This document shows positions 11,822 to 21,766 of a DNA stretch of 64,000 nucleotides, piece after piece. The position numbers and the translations under genes are program-made. Each line of letters begins with the position of its first letter. Position 1 is the first letter of the stretch. Under the pieces are notes generated by a model. It was not told the DNA's origin and ran no database searches. It saw only the letters and a program-made list of their open reading frames with translations. The DNA is taken from positions 125 through 64,124 of the forward strand of contig JBMOIC010000010.1 in assembly GCA_049317525.1 (NCBI GenBank), in the 5' to 3' direction. This DNA is from Bacteroidota bacterium (lineage in GTDB: Bacteria > Bacteroidota > Ignavibacteria > Kapaibacteriales > UBA961).

Positions 11822-14110
11822 TTATTCTACGATAATGAAATCTTTTTTATGTCTAGCAATTGAAATAAAAAATCCAGCAACCATAGCAATTACTCCAAAC
11901 CAAACAAGATTTATCAAAGGTTTTATTGAAACTTCTACAGTAAATACTTCTTTTTTCTGAGGTATAGGTTTCGAAGTATCTTCAAAACTAAAAGCAGCTT
12001 CTGATTGAGCTAAACTTTTTTTATTAGGAATAAGTTTTGCAAAAGATATTTTTTGATTTGTGCCAGGCAATACTAATGGTTCGGGTATAGTCTCCATTGT
12101 TTGCATATTTAAAGAAGCACGCAATGAAATATCTGCGCTGTCTTTTGGTGAATATATGCGAACTATTGCTGCAGGATGTATCATTCCATCAGCAGATGGG
12201 CCACTTCTCATGGCAGACATATCGAAAGCAATAAAACGGAAAGATCTAGTAGAATCTGTAGGAAAAACTATTTTTTCATCCTTTTTTAAGGTAATAATTG
12301 GTATTCCACCTTCTTCATCAGTTGATTTTGGCGAAATATATAAATCTCTTCCTAAACTCCAGGCAATACCTGGCTCTAGAAAGGCAGACATTCTTTTATT
12401 GAAATCACTCCAATACAGAATTGGAGCCACATGATTTACATGACCATCTTTCTCTACTTTGATATGAAATTTATACTTTTCTCTGTCTGTAAATTCTTTT
12501 TCTATTTGTTCACGTCCTTCAAAAGTTAGAGTATATCCCAAAACTTGTGTTGGAACTCCAATAACTAATCGAGCATGCTCTAATACAGAATATCTGGATG
12601 TCCATACAATGCCAATTAACAATAATGCTATTCCCACATGAGAAATATAAGCACCAGCTGATGCAAACTTAGCTTTCATTACTTTTAATGCTAATTCAGC
12701 ATTAATCATCATAGAAAACCAAGCAGAAAATGTTAAAAGTATATAAAGAGGATCTCTAACGCCTAGTATCCAAGATACCAAAGTACCACATAAGGCTAAA
12801 GATCCTGAAAATAAGATTGATTTTTTTATATGTAATAGGGATTGACCTTTCCATCTTGCTAATAAAGACAATGCATTAATGCACATAATAAGAATTACTA
12901 ATGGCAAATGAGTAGTATTATAGAAATCTGGGTCTATTGCTATTTTAGGTTGTTTTAATATCTCTGCAAAAAGAGGCCAACTTGTACCAATAAAAACAAT
13001 AATAGCACTACCTAATAATAATGCCGATCCAATCGACATCATAAATTCTCGGCTGCCTATGGCAAAATCAGCCTTATCAGATTTTAGATCACTTTTTCTC
13101 CATATAATTAAGCCTATGGCTATCAAAAGAAAAGTGCTCATAAACACAATAAGAAGAATATATGCGAACATTCCTGGATCTACGAATGAATGAACTGATG
13201 TATCACCAAGTACTCCACTTCTAGTAAGAAATGTAGAATACAGTACAAGGATAAAGGCTAAAGCAGATAATATGATATTTGTTTTAACTAATCCACCAGT
13301 TTTTCTTTGAATAAGCATGGTATGTACTAATGCAACAGATACAAGCCAAGGAATTAATGATGAATTTTCTACCGGATCCCATGCCCAAAAGCCACCCCAA
13401 CCAAGGGTTTCATATGCCCAAAAGCCACCAAGCATAATGCCAAAACCTAGAATTGCCGTTGCATAAAGTGTCCAAGGTAATGCCATTTTTATCCAATCTT
13501 GATATTCTTTTTTTATCAAAGCAGCCATTGCGAAAGCAAATGGAACGCTCATTGCGGCAAAACCAGTAAATAATATTGGAGGGTGAATGGTAATCCACAC
13601 ATTATGTAATAAAGGATTTAATCCTTTACCATTTTCTGGCTTAAAGCCGTCTGCAATACCGTCTTTAGCAAAGGTTTCCCATACAAATGAGAATGGATTT
13701 TTTACAACTAACAATAAAAGAAGGAAAACACAAATCAAAGAATAAAATACCATTATCTGCGATTCCCAATTCCTTTTTTTTACAAAAGGTAAAAGGATAA
13801 CGCCTATCAATGACACCCATAAAGTCCACAGCATAAAGCTACCTTCTTGCCCAGCATATGAAGCAGCAAATAAATACCATGCTTGTAATTCTTTAGATGA
13901 ATAATTCCATACATAATGATATTCAAATTGATGAGTGAAAACAGTATATACTATCATCAAGAAAGCAAGTAAAATCCCTGCAGACATAGTACGATATACA
14001 TTTCTAGCTAGAGATGCTGCATATATATTTCCAGTTAGAGCAAAAGCATATAAGCCAGTACTTACTATTGCAAGAGCAAAAAGGATATGGATTAAAAGTT
14101 GTCCAATCAT
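11822..14110 (-). CDS. cytochrome c-type biogenesis haem lyase, CcmF/NrfE family
   Basis: 762 aa polytopic membrane protein. It has the tryptophan-rich WWD signature WAYETLGWGGFWAWDPVENSSLIPWL (the E. coli CcmF form is GWGGWWFWDPVENAS). There is a C-terminal periplasmic domain. Confidence 0.7.
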   Translation of the reverse strand: MIGQLLIHILFALAIVSTGLYAFALTGNIYAASLARNVYRTMSAGILLAFLMIVYTVFTHQFEYHYVWNYSSKELQAWYLFAASYAGQEGSFMLWTLWVSLIGVILLPFVKKRNWESQIMVFYSLICVFLLLLLVVKNPFSFVWETFAKDGIADGFKPENGKGLNPLLHNVWITIHPPILFTGFAAMSVPFAFAMAALIKKEYQDWIKMALPWTLYATAILGFGIMLGGFWAYETLGWGGFWAWDPVENSSLIPWLVSVALVHTMLIQRKTGGLVKTNIILSALAFILVLYSTFLTRSGVLGDTSVHSFVDPGMFAYILLIVFMSTFLLIAIGLIIWRKSDLKSDKADFAIGSREFMMSIGSALLLGSAIIVFIGTSWPLFAEILKQPKIAIDPDFYNTTHLPLVILIMCINALSLLARWKGQSLLHIKKSILFSGSLALCGTLVSWILGVRDPLYILLTFSAWFSMMINAELALKVMKAKFASAGAYISHVGIALLLIGIVWTSRYSVLEHARLVIGVPTQVLGYTLTFEGREQIEKEFTDREKYKFHIKVEKDGHVNHVAPILYWSDFNKRMSAFLEPGIAWSLGRDLYISPKSTDEEGGIPIITLKKDEKIVFPTDSTRSFRFIAFDMSAMRSGPSADGMIHPAAIVRIYSPKDSADISLRASLNMQTMETIPEPLVLPGTNQKISFAKLIPNKKSLAQSEAAFSFEDTSKPIPQKKEVFTVEVSIKPLINLVWFGVIAMVAGFFISIARHKKDFIIVE

Positions 14111-14114
14111 ATAA

Positions 14115-15824
14115 TTAAGGCTTTGGATTTGTCAATGGAGAATCAAGCAATGGAGGTTTTGCTTGGGATTTTTGTTTTTTCTGAACTTCGATAATTTTAA
14201 CAAATAAGTCTGGAGAACTTGCTGAAACAGGTACTCCACCAGATTCAGCACCGCATACTCCATTAAAAATACCTATAGTATTACTTGCAGCGACAATATT
14301 ATTAAAGGTTGTTAATGGTGTGCCGATTAAATCAACGCCTCTAACTAATTCATCTGGCCTGCCATCTTGATAGATTTTATATACCACCAAAGGTTGCACA
14401 TTAAATGCATTAGGAATTGTTCTTGCTGTAAAAGTAAATCCACCAGAGATTTCTACAAAATACAGACCATAATCTTTATTTTGTTTTTTGCATTCTTGTC
14501 GTAAAAGGGTTTTCAATGAATCGAAAGGTACTGATTCTGATGCATGAACTAAGAGATTTGATTGTCTTGACACAGGGCGCAATCCTGCTTGACGTCTGCC
14601 ATGACCATTAGAAACTGCAAAATTTTCAATTGGTGACCTGCTCATCAAGAAATTTTGAAAAAGTCCATTTTTAACAGCTACTACTTTTTGTGCTTTTACA
14701 CCTTCATCATCATATTTATAATATCCTACGATATCTTGTCCTTGCAAAGACTTCATTCCTGGATCGAATACAACATCGATAAAATCTGGTAATATTTTTT
14801 TGTTTAAAAACGATTTAAATGTTTGAGATGAATTTGGATCTTTTTGGCGATGACCTTCTACTCTATGTCCAAAAATCTCATGAAAAAACACACCTGCTGC
14901 AGGCCCAGATAAGATGGCTGGTCCAGAATATGTTTCTGCTAATGGTGATTCCCTTAATTTACCAATTGTACTAATCATAGACTGTATATCTTTTCTAATC
15001 TTCTCGGTTTGCGGAAGTCCTTCTGGAGCAAAAGCAAAATAGCTTGAAAATAAAGGCAATGTCATTCCATCATCGGATTTGGTTGAAGCAGAAGCAAACA
15101 TTCTTACATTGGGCTCACTTTGTTGCAATTGAGTTCCTTCGCTATTAACAAAATATTTTGTAATAATATCTGCTTGAAAGTATACATCTCCTGTATAAAT
15201 TTTAGGGTCTGCTAAAAATAGAGAGGATAAAGATGTAACTTTTTCTCTCCAAGCATTTGTATCTAAGGTAAAAACAGCTGCTTCTTCAATAAATACTTCA
15301 GGTTTTTGGACAGAGAAATCTGCAGAAGAATCTTCTTCTTTCACTTTTACAGCTTTATTTGTAAGTACTTTACCATATCGCTCTACAGCTTTTTTATACA
15401 GTTTATCGGTAGCTGCCCAAATAATTGAAGATAATGCTTGTTCATTTTCTGAAAACGGCAATTCTACTCCCCTGCCACCACCACCAAATTCAAAACGAGA
15501 ACCTCTGATCGTATGGGTATTATCCAAAGAGTTATCACCAACTCTTATGTCAATATCCAATACACGGCTATTAATTGATTCTTCAGATTTCAATTTGCCA
15601 AATGAAGCTGTCATCCTTACTGTTTTTGTTTCAGTAACTGCATATGATAAAAAATAAGGTGGATTGGTTTGGCTTTTCAAACCTTCCATTGTTCTTTTCA
15701 TTTCAGACTTTAGTGCTTTCATGATAACTGTTTCTGAGGCAGACAAGTCTACAATACCACATAGAAAACAACAAATCAACATATAAAGCGATACTCTACA
15801 ATACATATACGGTATTCCAATCAT
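14115..15824 (-). CDS. TldD/PmbA-family (peptidase U62) metalloprotease with N-terminal signal peptide
   Basis: The HExxxH motif is HEIFGHRVEGH. VSNGHGRRQ and the GGFTF region resemble TldD. A hydrophobic N-terminus is present. Confidence 0.65.
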   Translation of the reverse strand: MIGIPYMYCRVSLYMLICCFLCGIVDLSASETVIMKALKSEMKRTMEGLKSQTNPPYFLSYAVTETKTVRMTASFGKLKSEESINSRVLDIDIRVGDNSLDNTHTIRGSRFEFGGGGRGVELPFSENEQALSSIIWAATDKLYKKAVERYGKVLTNKAVKVKEEDSSADFSVQKPEVFIEEAAVFTLDTNAWREKVTSLSSLFLADPKIYTGDVYFQADIITKYFVNSEGTQLQQSEPNVRMFASASTKSDDGMTLPLFSSYFAFAPEGLPQTEKIRKDIQSMISTIGKLRESPLAETYSGPAILSGPAAGVFFHEIFGHRVEGHRQKDPNSSQTFKSFLNKKILPDFIDVVFDPGMKSLQGQDIVGYYKYDDEGVKAQKVVAVKNGLFQNFLMSRSPIENFAVSNGHGRRQAGLRPVSRQSNLLVHASESVPFDSLKTLLRQECKKQNKDYGLYFVEISGGFTFTARTIPNAFNVQPLVVYKIYQDGRPDELVRGVDLIGTPLTTFNNIVAASNTIGIFNGVCGAESGGVPVSASSPDLFVKIIEVQKKQKSQAKPPLLDSPLTNPKP

Positions 15825-16561
15825 TAAAATGTGCTATCAATATCTTTAACAGTAACCTGAATATCATTAGGAGCTTTTACAGTTCCTTCTATAAGTTGAA
15901 TTCGGGATTGGCTAGTTCCTATAGAAATTAATTTATCAAGAAGGGCTTTGATTCTTAATTGTCCAAAAGAAAGCTGCGTTTCGGGCTGAACATTTTTTCC
16001 TTTCTTCTTAGAAGGTTTAGCTTTTTTTGCTTTTGTAATGTTTGAAACAGTAATACTGATATTAAGGCTTCGCATTTTTTTCAACATTTGAGTAATCTTT
16101 TCAAAAAATGGACTCTCAATTAAGTCTGCTTTATCATTAGCAAAAACATGATATTCACCAAGGTTTTCACCTGTTTTGATTACTCTTACTGTAAACGTTT
16201 TTTGTAATTCTTGATATGAAGTAACAGATGGAGTTGTAAAATTTATATCTGATTGCAAAATATCGCTACGATCAAAAAATGTTGAATAGGTTTTTCCGGG
16301 TTTAAGGACAGATGTAAATTCACCAGTATTTTGTGATTTAGTTTTTCCTGCTGAGCTTTCACCATCTTTAAATTGAATATTAACACCCTGTAATGCATTT
16401 CCTGCTTCGTCTATTACTTTCCCTTTTAATAATATTGTTACATTTTGTGCATTCAAAGAATTCACTAAAACAATACTTAAACCTAATACCGATAAGAACA
16501 ATATATTTCTTCTTCCTAGGATTTTACTTACATTCATCATATACAAAAACTCCAATCCCAA
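15824..16561 (-). CDS. hypothetical secreted protein (CarboxypepD_reg-like N-domain)
   Basis: It has a signal peptide. The N-terminal beta-sandwich-like segment is VTILLKGKVIDEAGNALQGVNIQ. The C-terminus is K-rich. The start is probably at the internal Met, about 16537. Confidence 0.35.
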   Translation of the reverse strand: MGLEFLYMMNVSKILGRRNILFLSVLGLSIVLVNSLNAQNVTILLKGKVIDEAGNALQGVNIQFKDGESSAGKTKSQNTGEFTSVLKPGKTYSTFFDRSDILQSDINFTTPSVTSYQELQKTFTVRVIKTGENLGEYHVFANDKADLIESPFFEKITQMLKKMRSLNISITVSNITKAKKAKPSKKKGKNVQPETQLSFGQLRIKALLDKLISIGTSQSRIQLIEGTVKAPNDIQVTVKDIDSTF

Positions 16562-16573
16562 TAATTATATAAT

Positions 16574-17173
16574 TTATTGTAACAAAGATACGATTTCTAT
16601 TTCTACAGTTTGTCCTTTGTCTTTTGCATACCAAAGATGAACAGCTTCATATATCTTTGATTTTTCTTGATTATCATGTTTTAAAGCATCAAATACTTCT
16701 TGCGCTTTTATTGGCCTTGGGCCCCAGGTAAAAAGCTCTTTACCATTACTATCTATTGAAATCAATTTGGGAATACCCATAGAACCATTTGTTTTATATA
16801 ATTCAAGTAGTTCTGGATAAAGATCTCTTGAACACATTCTCAAATCAATAATATCTGATCTATATTCTGCTAATGCTGCAATTATTGGTAATGATTGCGA
16901 AGAATCTCCACACCAAGCCTCAGTGATGACAATCCATTTTTGTTCTATCATTAATCCAGATAAAACACTTTTAGCATTATCAGACATCGTATACACTTTT
17001 TCTACTCTTTTACTTCTAGCCCAGTTTAATGTATAATAATGTTGCATTTCTTTTTCAGATGCTTCAATATTATGTTCAGAACGCATAATTAAGGCTTCAA
17101 ATGTCGATTTATATTCTTGATAAGAAAAAGACTTTTCCCAATATTCATGTGCTGGTGATAATGTTATATTCAT
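16574..17173 (-). CDS. thioredoxin-fold protein (single-Cys WCGDS motif)
   Basis: 199 aa. The ITEAWCGDSSQ motif sits in a Trx-like context. Confidence 0.45.
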   Translation of the reverse strand: MNITLSPAHEYWEKSFSYQEYKSTFEALIMRSEHNIEASEKEMQHYYTLNWARSKRVEKVYTMSDNAKSVLSGLMIEQKWIVITEAWCGDSSQSLPIIAALAEYRSDIIDLRMCSRDLYPELLELYKTNGSMGIPKLISIDSNGKELFTWGPRPIKAQEVFDALKHDNQEKSKIYEAVHLWYAKDKGQTVEIEIVSLLQ

Positions 17174-17183
17174 TGTTTAATCA

Positions 17184-19193
17184 TTATAAAGTTAGTGTTA
17201 TATAATTGCCGGAACGGGGATATAATAAACTTGTTGTATTGTGTAGTGTTTTTAAGCGTATGCGAAATATTTGCAATGTATCTGGCAATGAAAAATAAAT
17301 ATGATGCATCCCACTACCACATAATTTTGGAATAAATCCATCAAATTGAAGATAATTATCTTTCCATATAGCTGTAAGAGTTTTATGCTGATCAGTAAGA
17401 ATATATATCTCTATTGCTGCATTCTTACCAATACAATCAGTTGCATTAATATTGATTGTATATAATTGAGATTCAGGATGAAAACAAATTTGAATAGAAG
17501 ACAGAATTTCTGAAACAGAATGGATGGCAGATCCTGAATATTCTTTTTCGAAAAGGGTATGAATAATTTCTTTTGAAGACAATTCAGCATCTGGAAAATC
17601 GATTTTGTCTGCAATTGGCTGCCTTACTTCATCTGGGATATGATGCCCAATTAAAAGATAAATTTGTTCAATATTCCACCTAAAAAGCTCATCAAATTCA
17701 GATTGATTTGCAGAAATATGATCATCTCCATACCACCAGAACCAATCAGAACCTTCAGAAATGAGAAGATGATTATATGCTTTTTGCCATTCCGGGCTTT
17801 TTTGATTTAAGGCACAACTAAATAATCTTTCTCTAGCTTTTGCAATCATTTCCCATGCAGCATTATCTTGAGGATGCCCAATCCAAATACTAAAATTACC
17901 ATGTATCCACGATCCAGCTTTGATAGAAGATAATGGTTCTAAGAACTCAGAACCTTGAATACCCTCACTCATTGTAATAGTATGTAATTCTGGATTGGAA
18001 ATAAGACCATGAAACAATGAACGTAAAAATGGCAAACCATTATGCTGATAATATTCCCAACAATTTTCTCCATCTAAAATAATCGGAACAACTGCATATT
18101 GCAATGATTGTTCGCCATAATGTTGAATAAGGTCTAATCGAATTTGTTTTAATCTGTTGATAAAATCGTCTGAAGCTTTTTGAGCTTCCCATGAAGAATA
18201 TTCAAATCCTATTGCATCAGACAAAGCATGATCACGAAAAAAGCAGGTAAGATTTCCTATTTTTCTTGGAAAATACTTATCCAATTGATGATGATGTCCA
18301 GGGGATTGAAACAGTATCTTTTCATCGGTTGCTATCCATTTTACATTATACTGTTCGAATACTGATAGTGATTCATTACTAATCGAGCCCTCTGATGGCC
18401 ACATTCCATTTGGCATAATAGATAATCGATCTTTGCAATATGCTAAAGCCCTTTCTATCTGCACTTGGGCATCTTTCATTGATTGGGGTGCTAAATCAGG
18501 TAAATGTATATTGGGCAAATTCTCTAAAGCTGATTTAGAATCAATCAATAGTGGAATAATAGGATGATAAAATGGAGTTACTGATAATTCTAATCTGTTT
18601 TCTTTAACAGCTTTCTGCATTAAAGGTATTATTAGACTAATGATATGTTTATGATAAGCTAATACTGCTAGTTTATCATCTTCTGAAAAATGAGTTTTTT
18701 CGAAAAATGACTGTAATTCTGAATTATTGGATTTATACAGTTCCCCAATCCATGTAAGATTATACCAGGTTTGTATGTCTAACCAATCTTGCGAAGTAAA
18801 TGATTCTACAGCTTCTTGTTGATTGTGAACTGCATAAGAATAAAGTTCATTATATCTAGCATATGGTGCAATCATAGTTGTATAATTACACAAAAAAAAG
18901 AGACGAAGAATTTCTGTTTTCTGGAATCTACTTAAATCATATGCATTAATAAGAGTTAATTCTTGGATTAAATCCGTAATTCCATATCGGATATATTCAT
19001 CCAATTGAACTAATAATGAAGGAACAATATTAATTGTTTGTTTTAAAGAAGGAAATTGTTCGGCTAAAGCAGGTAAATCCCAATAATCTTTTGCGGCATG
19101 TAATCGTACCCATGGGAGAATAAAATGATTGCCTTTTCTATAATATGGTTGATGCTGATGCCAAAGCAAAGCAATCCTTAAAGGCAGAATCAT
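17184..19193 (-). CDS. glycoside hydrolase family 57 protein (alpha-glucan-active)
   Basis: The N-terminus LWHQHQPYY...PWVRLHAAKDYWD matches the GH57 catalytic-domain opening. Confidence 0.7.
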   Translation of the reverse strand: MILPLRIALLWHQHQPYYRKGNHFILPWVRLHAAKDYWDLPALAEQFPSLKQTINIVPSLLVQLDEYIRYGITDLIQELTLINAYDLSRFQKTEILRLFFLCNYTTMIAPYARYNELYSYAVHNQQEAVESFTSQDWLDIQTWYNLTWIGELYKSNNSELQSFFEKTHFSEDDKLAVLAYHKHIISLIIPLMQKAVKENRLELSVTPFYHPIIPLLIDSKSALENLPNIHLPDLAPQSMKDAQVQIERALAYCKDRLSIMPNGMWPSEGSISNESLSVFEQYNVKWIATDEKILFQSPGHHHQLDKYFPRKIGNLTCFFRDHALSDAIGFEYSSWEAQKASDDFINRLKQIRLDLIQHYGEQSLQYAVVPIILDGENCWEYYQHNGLPFLRSLFHGLISNPELHTITMSEGIQGSEFLEPLSSIKAGSWIHGNFSIWIGHPQDNAAWEMIAKARERLFSCALNQKSPEWQKAYNHLLISEGSDWFWWYGDDHISANQSEFDELFRWNIEQIYLLIGHHIPDEVRQPIADKIDFPDAELSSKEIIHTLFEKEYSGSAIHSVSEILSSIQICFHPESQLYTININATDCIGKNAAIEIYILTDQHKTLTAIWKDNYLQFDGFIPKLCGSGMHHIYFSLPDTLQIFRIRLKTLHNTTSLLYPRSGNYITLTL

Positions 19194-19198
19194 AAAAT

Positions 19199-20128
19199 TT
19201 ACACTTCCTGTTCTTTAGATTTTGGGAAAAGTAATGATAATACAACAGAAAAGATAAGAATACTTAATACAACTAATAATGCCCAATGAATTGGAATAGT
19301 ATACATACCACTAATAAGCATTTTGACGCCAATAAAGCTTAATATGAAAGCAAGGCCATAATTTAGATAATGGAATAATCCTACAACTCCAGCCAAAGCA
19401 AAATACAATGACCTTAAACCAAGAATAGCAAAGATATTTGAAGTATATACGATAAATGGGTCTGGAGAGACAGCTAATACAGCTGGTATCGAATCTAAAG
19501 CAAAAATTAAATCAGTTGTTTCAACTAAAATCAACACCATAAATAATGGAGTTGCAAAGCTATGTCCCATCCTTCTTAAGAAAAATTTATCTTCATGATA
19601 ATATTTAGATACACCAATATATTTTCTTACAAATTTCAATGCAATATTATTTTCTGGATTATATTCTGCATTCTCATCGGTAAAAAAGAGTTTAAACCCG
19701 GTATATACTAAAAATGCACCCAATATGTAAATTATAAAATGAAACTTTGCAATAATGGATACGCCAGCAATAATAAATATTGCCCTCATTGCTAAAGCAC
19801 CTAATACACCCCAAAACAGTACTTTGTGTTGATATTTTTGAGGTACCCGAAAGTAATTAAAAATCGTTAAGAAAATAAAGAGATTATCAACACTTAATGA
19901 TTTTTCTATGATGTATGCTGTAGCAAATTCCGTAGCAGCAATAGGCGATTTGAAATAAGCAATACCTATTGCAAATAATGCAGACAAAGATATCCACAAA
20001 GCACTCCAGCCCAAGGCTTCTTTAACAGAAATTGCATGTGCTCTTTTGTGAAAGATACCAATATCAATTGCCAGCATCAAAAGAATAAATATGTGAAAAC
20101 TTATCCACAAGAATGTATCATTTACCAT
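19199..20128 (-). CDS. TerC family integral membrane protein
   Basis: It has multiple TM helices and the KSLSVDNLFIF signature. Confidence 0.8.
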   Translation of the reverse strand: MVNDTFLWISFHIFILLMLAIDIGIFHKRAHAISVKEALGWSALWISLSALFAIGIAYFKSPIAATEFATAYIIEKSLSVDNLFIFLTIFNYFRVPQKYQHKVLFWGVLGALAMRAIFIIAGVSIIAKFHFIIYILGAFLVYTGFKLFFTDENAEYNPENNIALKFVRKYIGVSKYYHEDKFFLRRMGHSFATPLFMVLILVETTDLIFALDSIPAVLAVSPDPFIVYTSNIFAILGLRSLYFALAGVVGLFHYLNYGLAFILSFIGVKMLISGMYTIPIHWALLVVLSILIFSVVLSLLFPKSKEQEV

Positions 20129-20193
20129 ATAGGAAGTCTGCTAAATCGGAATACACAGCAATAATTGCAGTGTTGTAGTGAGTTAAAAATATA

Positions 20194-21489
20194 TTACTTG
20201 GTAAGGCCACTGACCTTTCCATCCAAAATATTAAGTAATGCTTGTGCAAAATAATCAATTTCAGACTCTGCAATGTAAATATTGGGAGTAATTCTTAAAC
20301 CATCAATATTTGCATATTTTAATGGCGTAGAAATGATGCGGTGAGTATTCATTAAATATTCACCTATTTTCTCGTGATTAAAGCCTTTAAACATTACTAC
20401 TATGATGCCACACCATTGCTGATCATCATCTATATTAACTGAAAAAGATACTCTTTTATCTTGCTTAATCTTATCAATCCATCGTTTATTCAAGGCTCTT
20501 AATCTTTCTGCTTTTCTTTCTACAGTTATTCTTTCATTGAATGCCAAAGCATCGCTAATTGCATTGTGTAAAGCTGATTGATGCGTTCCAATTTCTTCGA
20601 ATTTCTTTATAGAATCATCCATTTCTGTAGGTGCAGCCATCAGAGGCCATATGGAAGATATTTTCTCTTTTTTCACATATAACATGCCTGTACCAATTGG
20701 TGCATAAAGCCATTTGTGAAGCGAAGTTGCAAAATAATCACATTGTAAATCTTGTTGTTTGAAAGGTATATGAGCAAATGAATGAGCGCCATCTACAATA
20801 GATTCAATAGAATATTTTTTTGCCATTTCGCAAATTGCTTTTATAGGCATTATTTGCCCTGTGCAAAATGGAATATGGGAAACATGAATCACTTTCGTTT
20901 TTTTTGTAATTGCTTTTTCTAAAGCATGTACAGCATCCATGGGATCTAATAAAGGCATAGGAATTTCAATTTTTTTCAAGACAATATTATCTCTTCTTAC
21001 CCTTTGCTCCCAAGCAGTAATCATCCTAGGATAATCATAGATGGTGGTTAATACTTCATCACCAGCCGATAAACTCATTCCTAATTGAATATTTTGTAAA
21101 CTTTCACTGGCATTTCTGGTAATAGCAATTTCTGATACTTGTGTACCAAACATATCTGCTAAACCTTCTCGCACCCTTTCTACACCTGGTTCTAATTGTT
21201 GCCAAAGATTTCTTGCTGGGGCTAAATTTGCATAATCAATAGCCTTATGAAGAGAATCAATAACAGATTTTGGGCTAGGACTAACACCACCATTATTAAG
21301 GTTAATCATGGTTCTATCCATAGAATATTCAGTTCTAATTGCTTGCCAAAAATCGGCATTATAATCAGGTTGAATAAGCTCTATTGGATTAGGATATGCA
21401 TGTACATTGTGAAATGTAGTAAATGGTAAAATCGCTAAGGCACCGGCTGATTTTAACAATGTTCTTCTGGAATTTATTGTGTTTTTCAT
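20194..21489 (-). CDS. aminotransferase class V-fold PLP enzyme with twin-arginine (Tat) signal
   Basis: The N-terminus NSRRTLLKSAGALAILPF is a Tat motif. The PLP-Lys region is ATSLHKWLYAPIGTGMLYV. Confidence 0.7.
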   Translation of the reverse strand: MKNTINSRRTLLKSAGALAILPFTTFHNVHAYPNPIELIQPDYNADFWQAIRTEYSMDRTMINLNNGGVSPSPKSVIDSLHKAIDYANLAPARNLWQQLEPGVERVREGLADMFGTQVSEIAITRNASESLQNIQLGMSLSAGDEVLTTIYDYPRMITAWEQRVRRDNIVLKKIEIPMPLLDPMDAVHALEKAITKKTKVIHVSHIPFCTGQIMPIKAICEMAKKYSIESIVDGAHSFAHIPFKQQDLQCDYFATSLHKWLYAPIGTGMLYVKKEKISSIWPLMAAPTEMDDSIKKFEEIGTHQSALHNAISDALAFNERITVERKAERLRALNKRWIDKIKQDKRVSFSVNIDDDQQWCGIIVVMFKGFNHEKIGEYLMNTHRIISTPLKYANIDGLRITPNIYIAESEIDYFAQALLNILDGKVSGLTK

Positions 21490-21766
21490 TGATGTGAGAA
21501 TAGAATACAGTTCAATACACTATACAATTTCATATAAATACACGTTTTCAATTGAACAAGTTAGCTATATAGATTTGATTCTTTGGCAAAGTATTTACAC
21601 ACATAGCTAATTTCTTTAAATTCTACCATATTATGATAGTATTAGATAGAATTCATTTAGTATTTTTGTATCCGTTGGATACCGACGGCATGAATTTTGC
21701 GATTAGTACTAATTATTGTATTCTTTATGTTGTTTCTCGGTTTTTCACATTTTGAAGTTGATACGA

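Noticed and set aside
12060-13598. ORFs 12060..12434 (+) and 13410..13598 (-) within the CcmF-like gene
   Set aside because: They are nested or antisense to a polytopic membrane-protein gene. No evidence.
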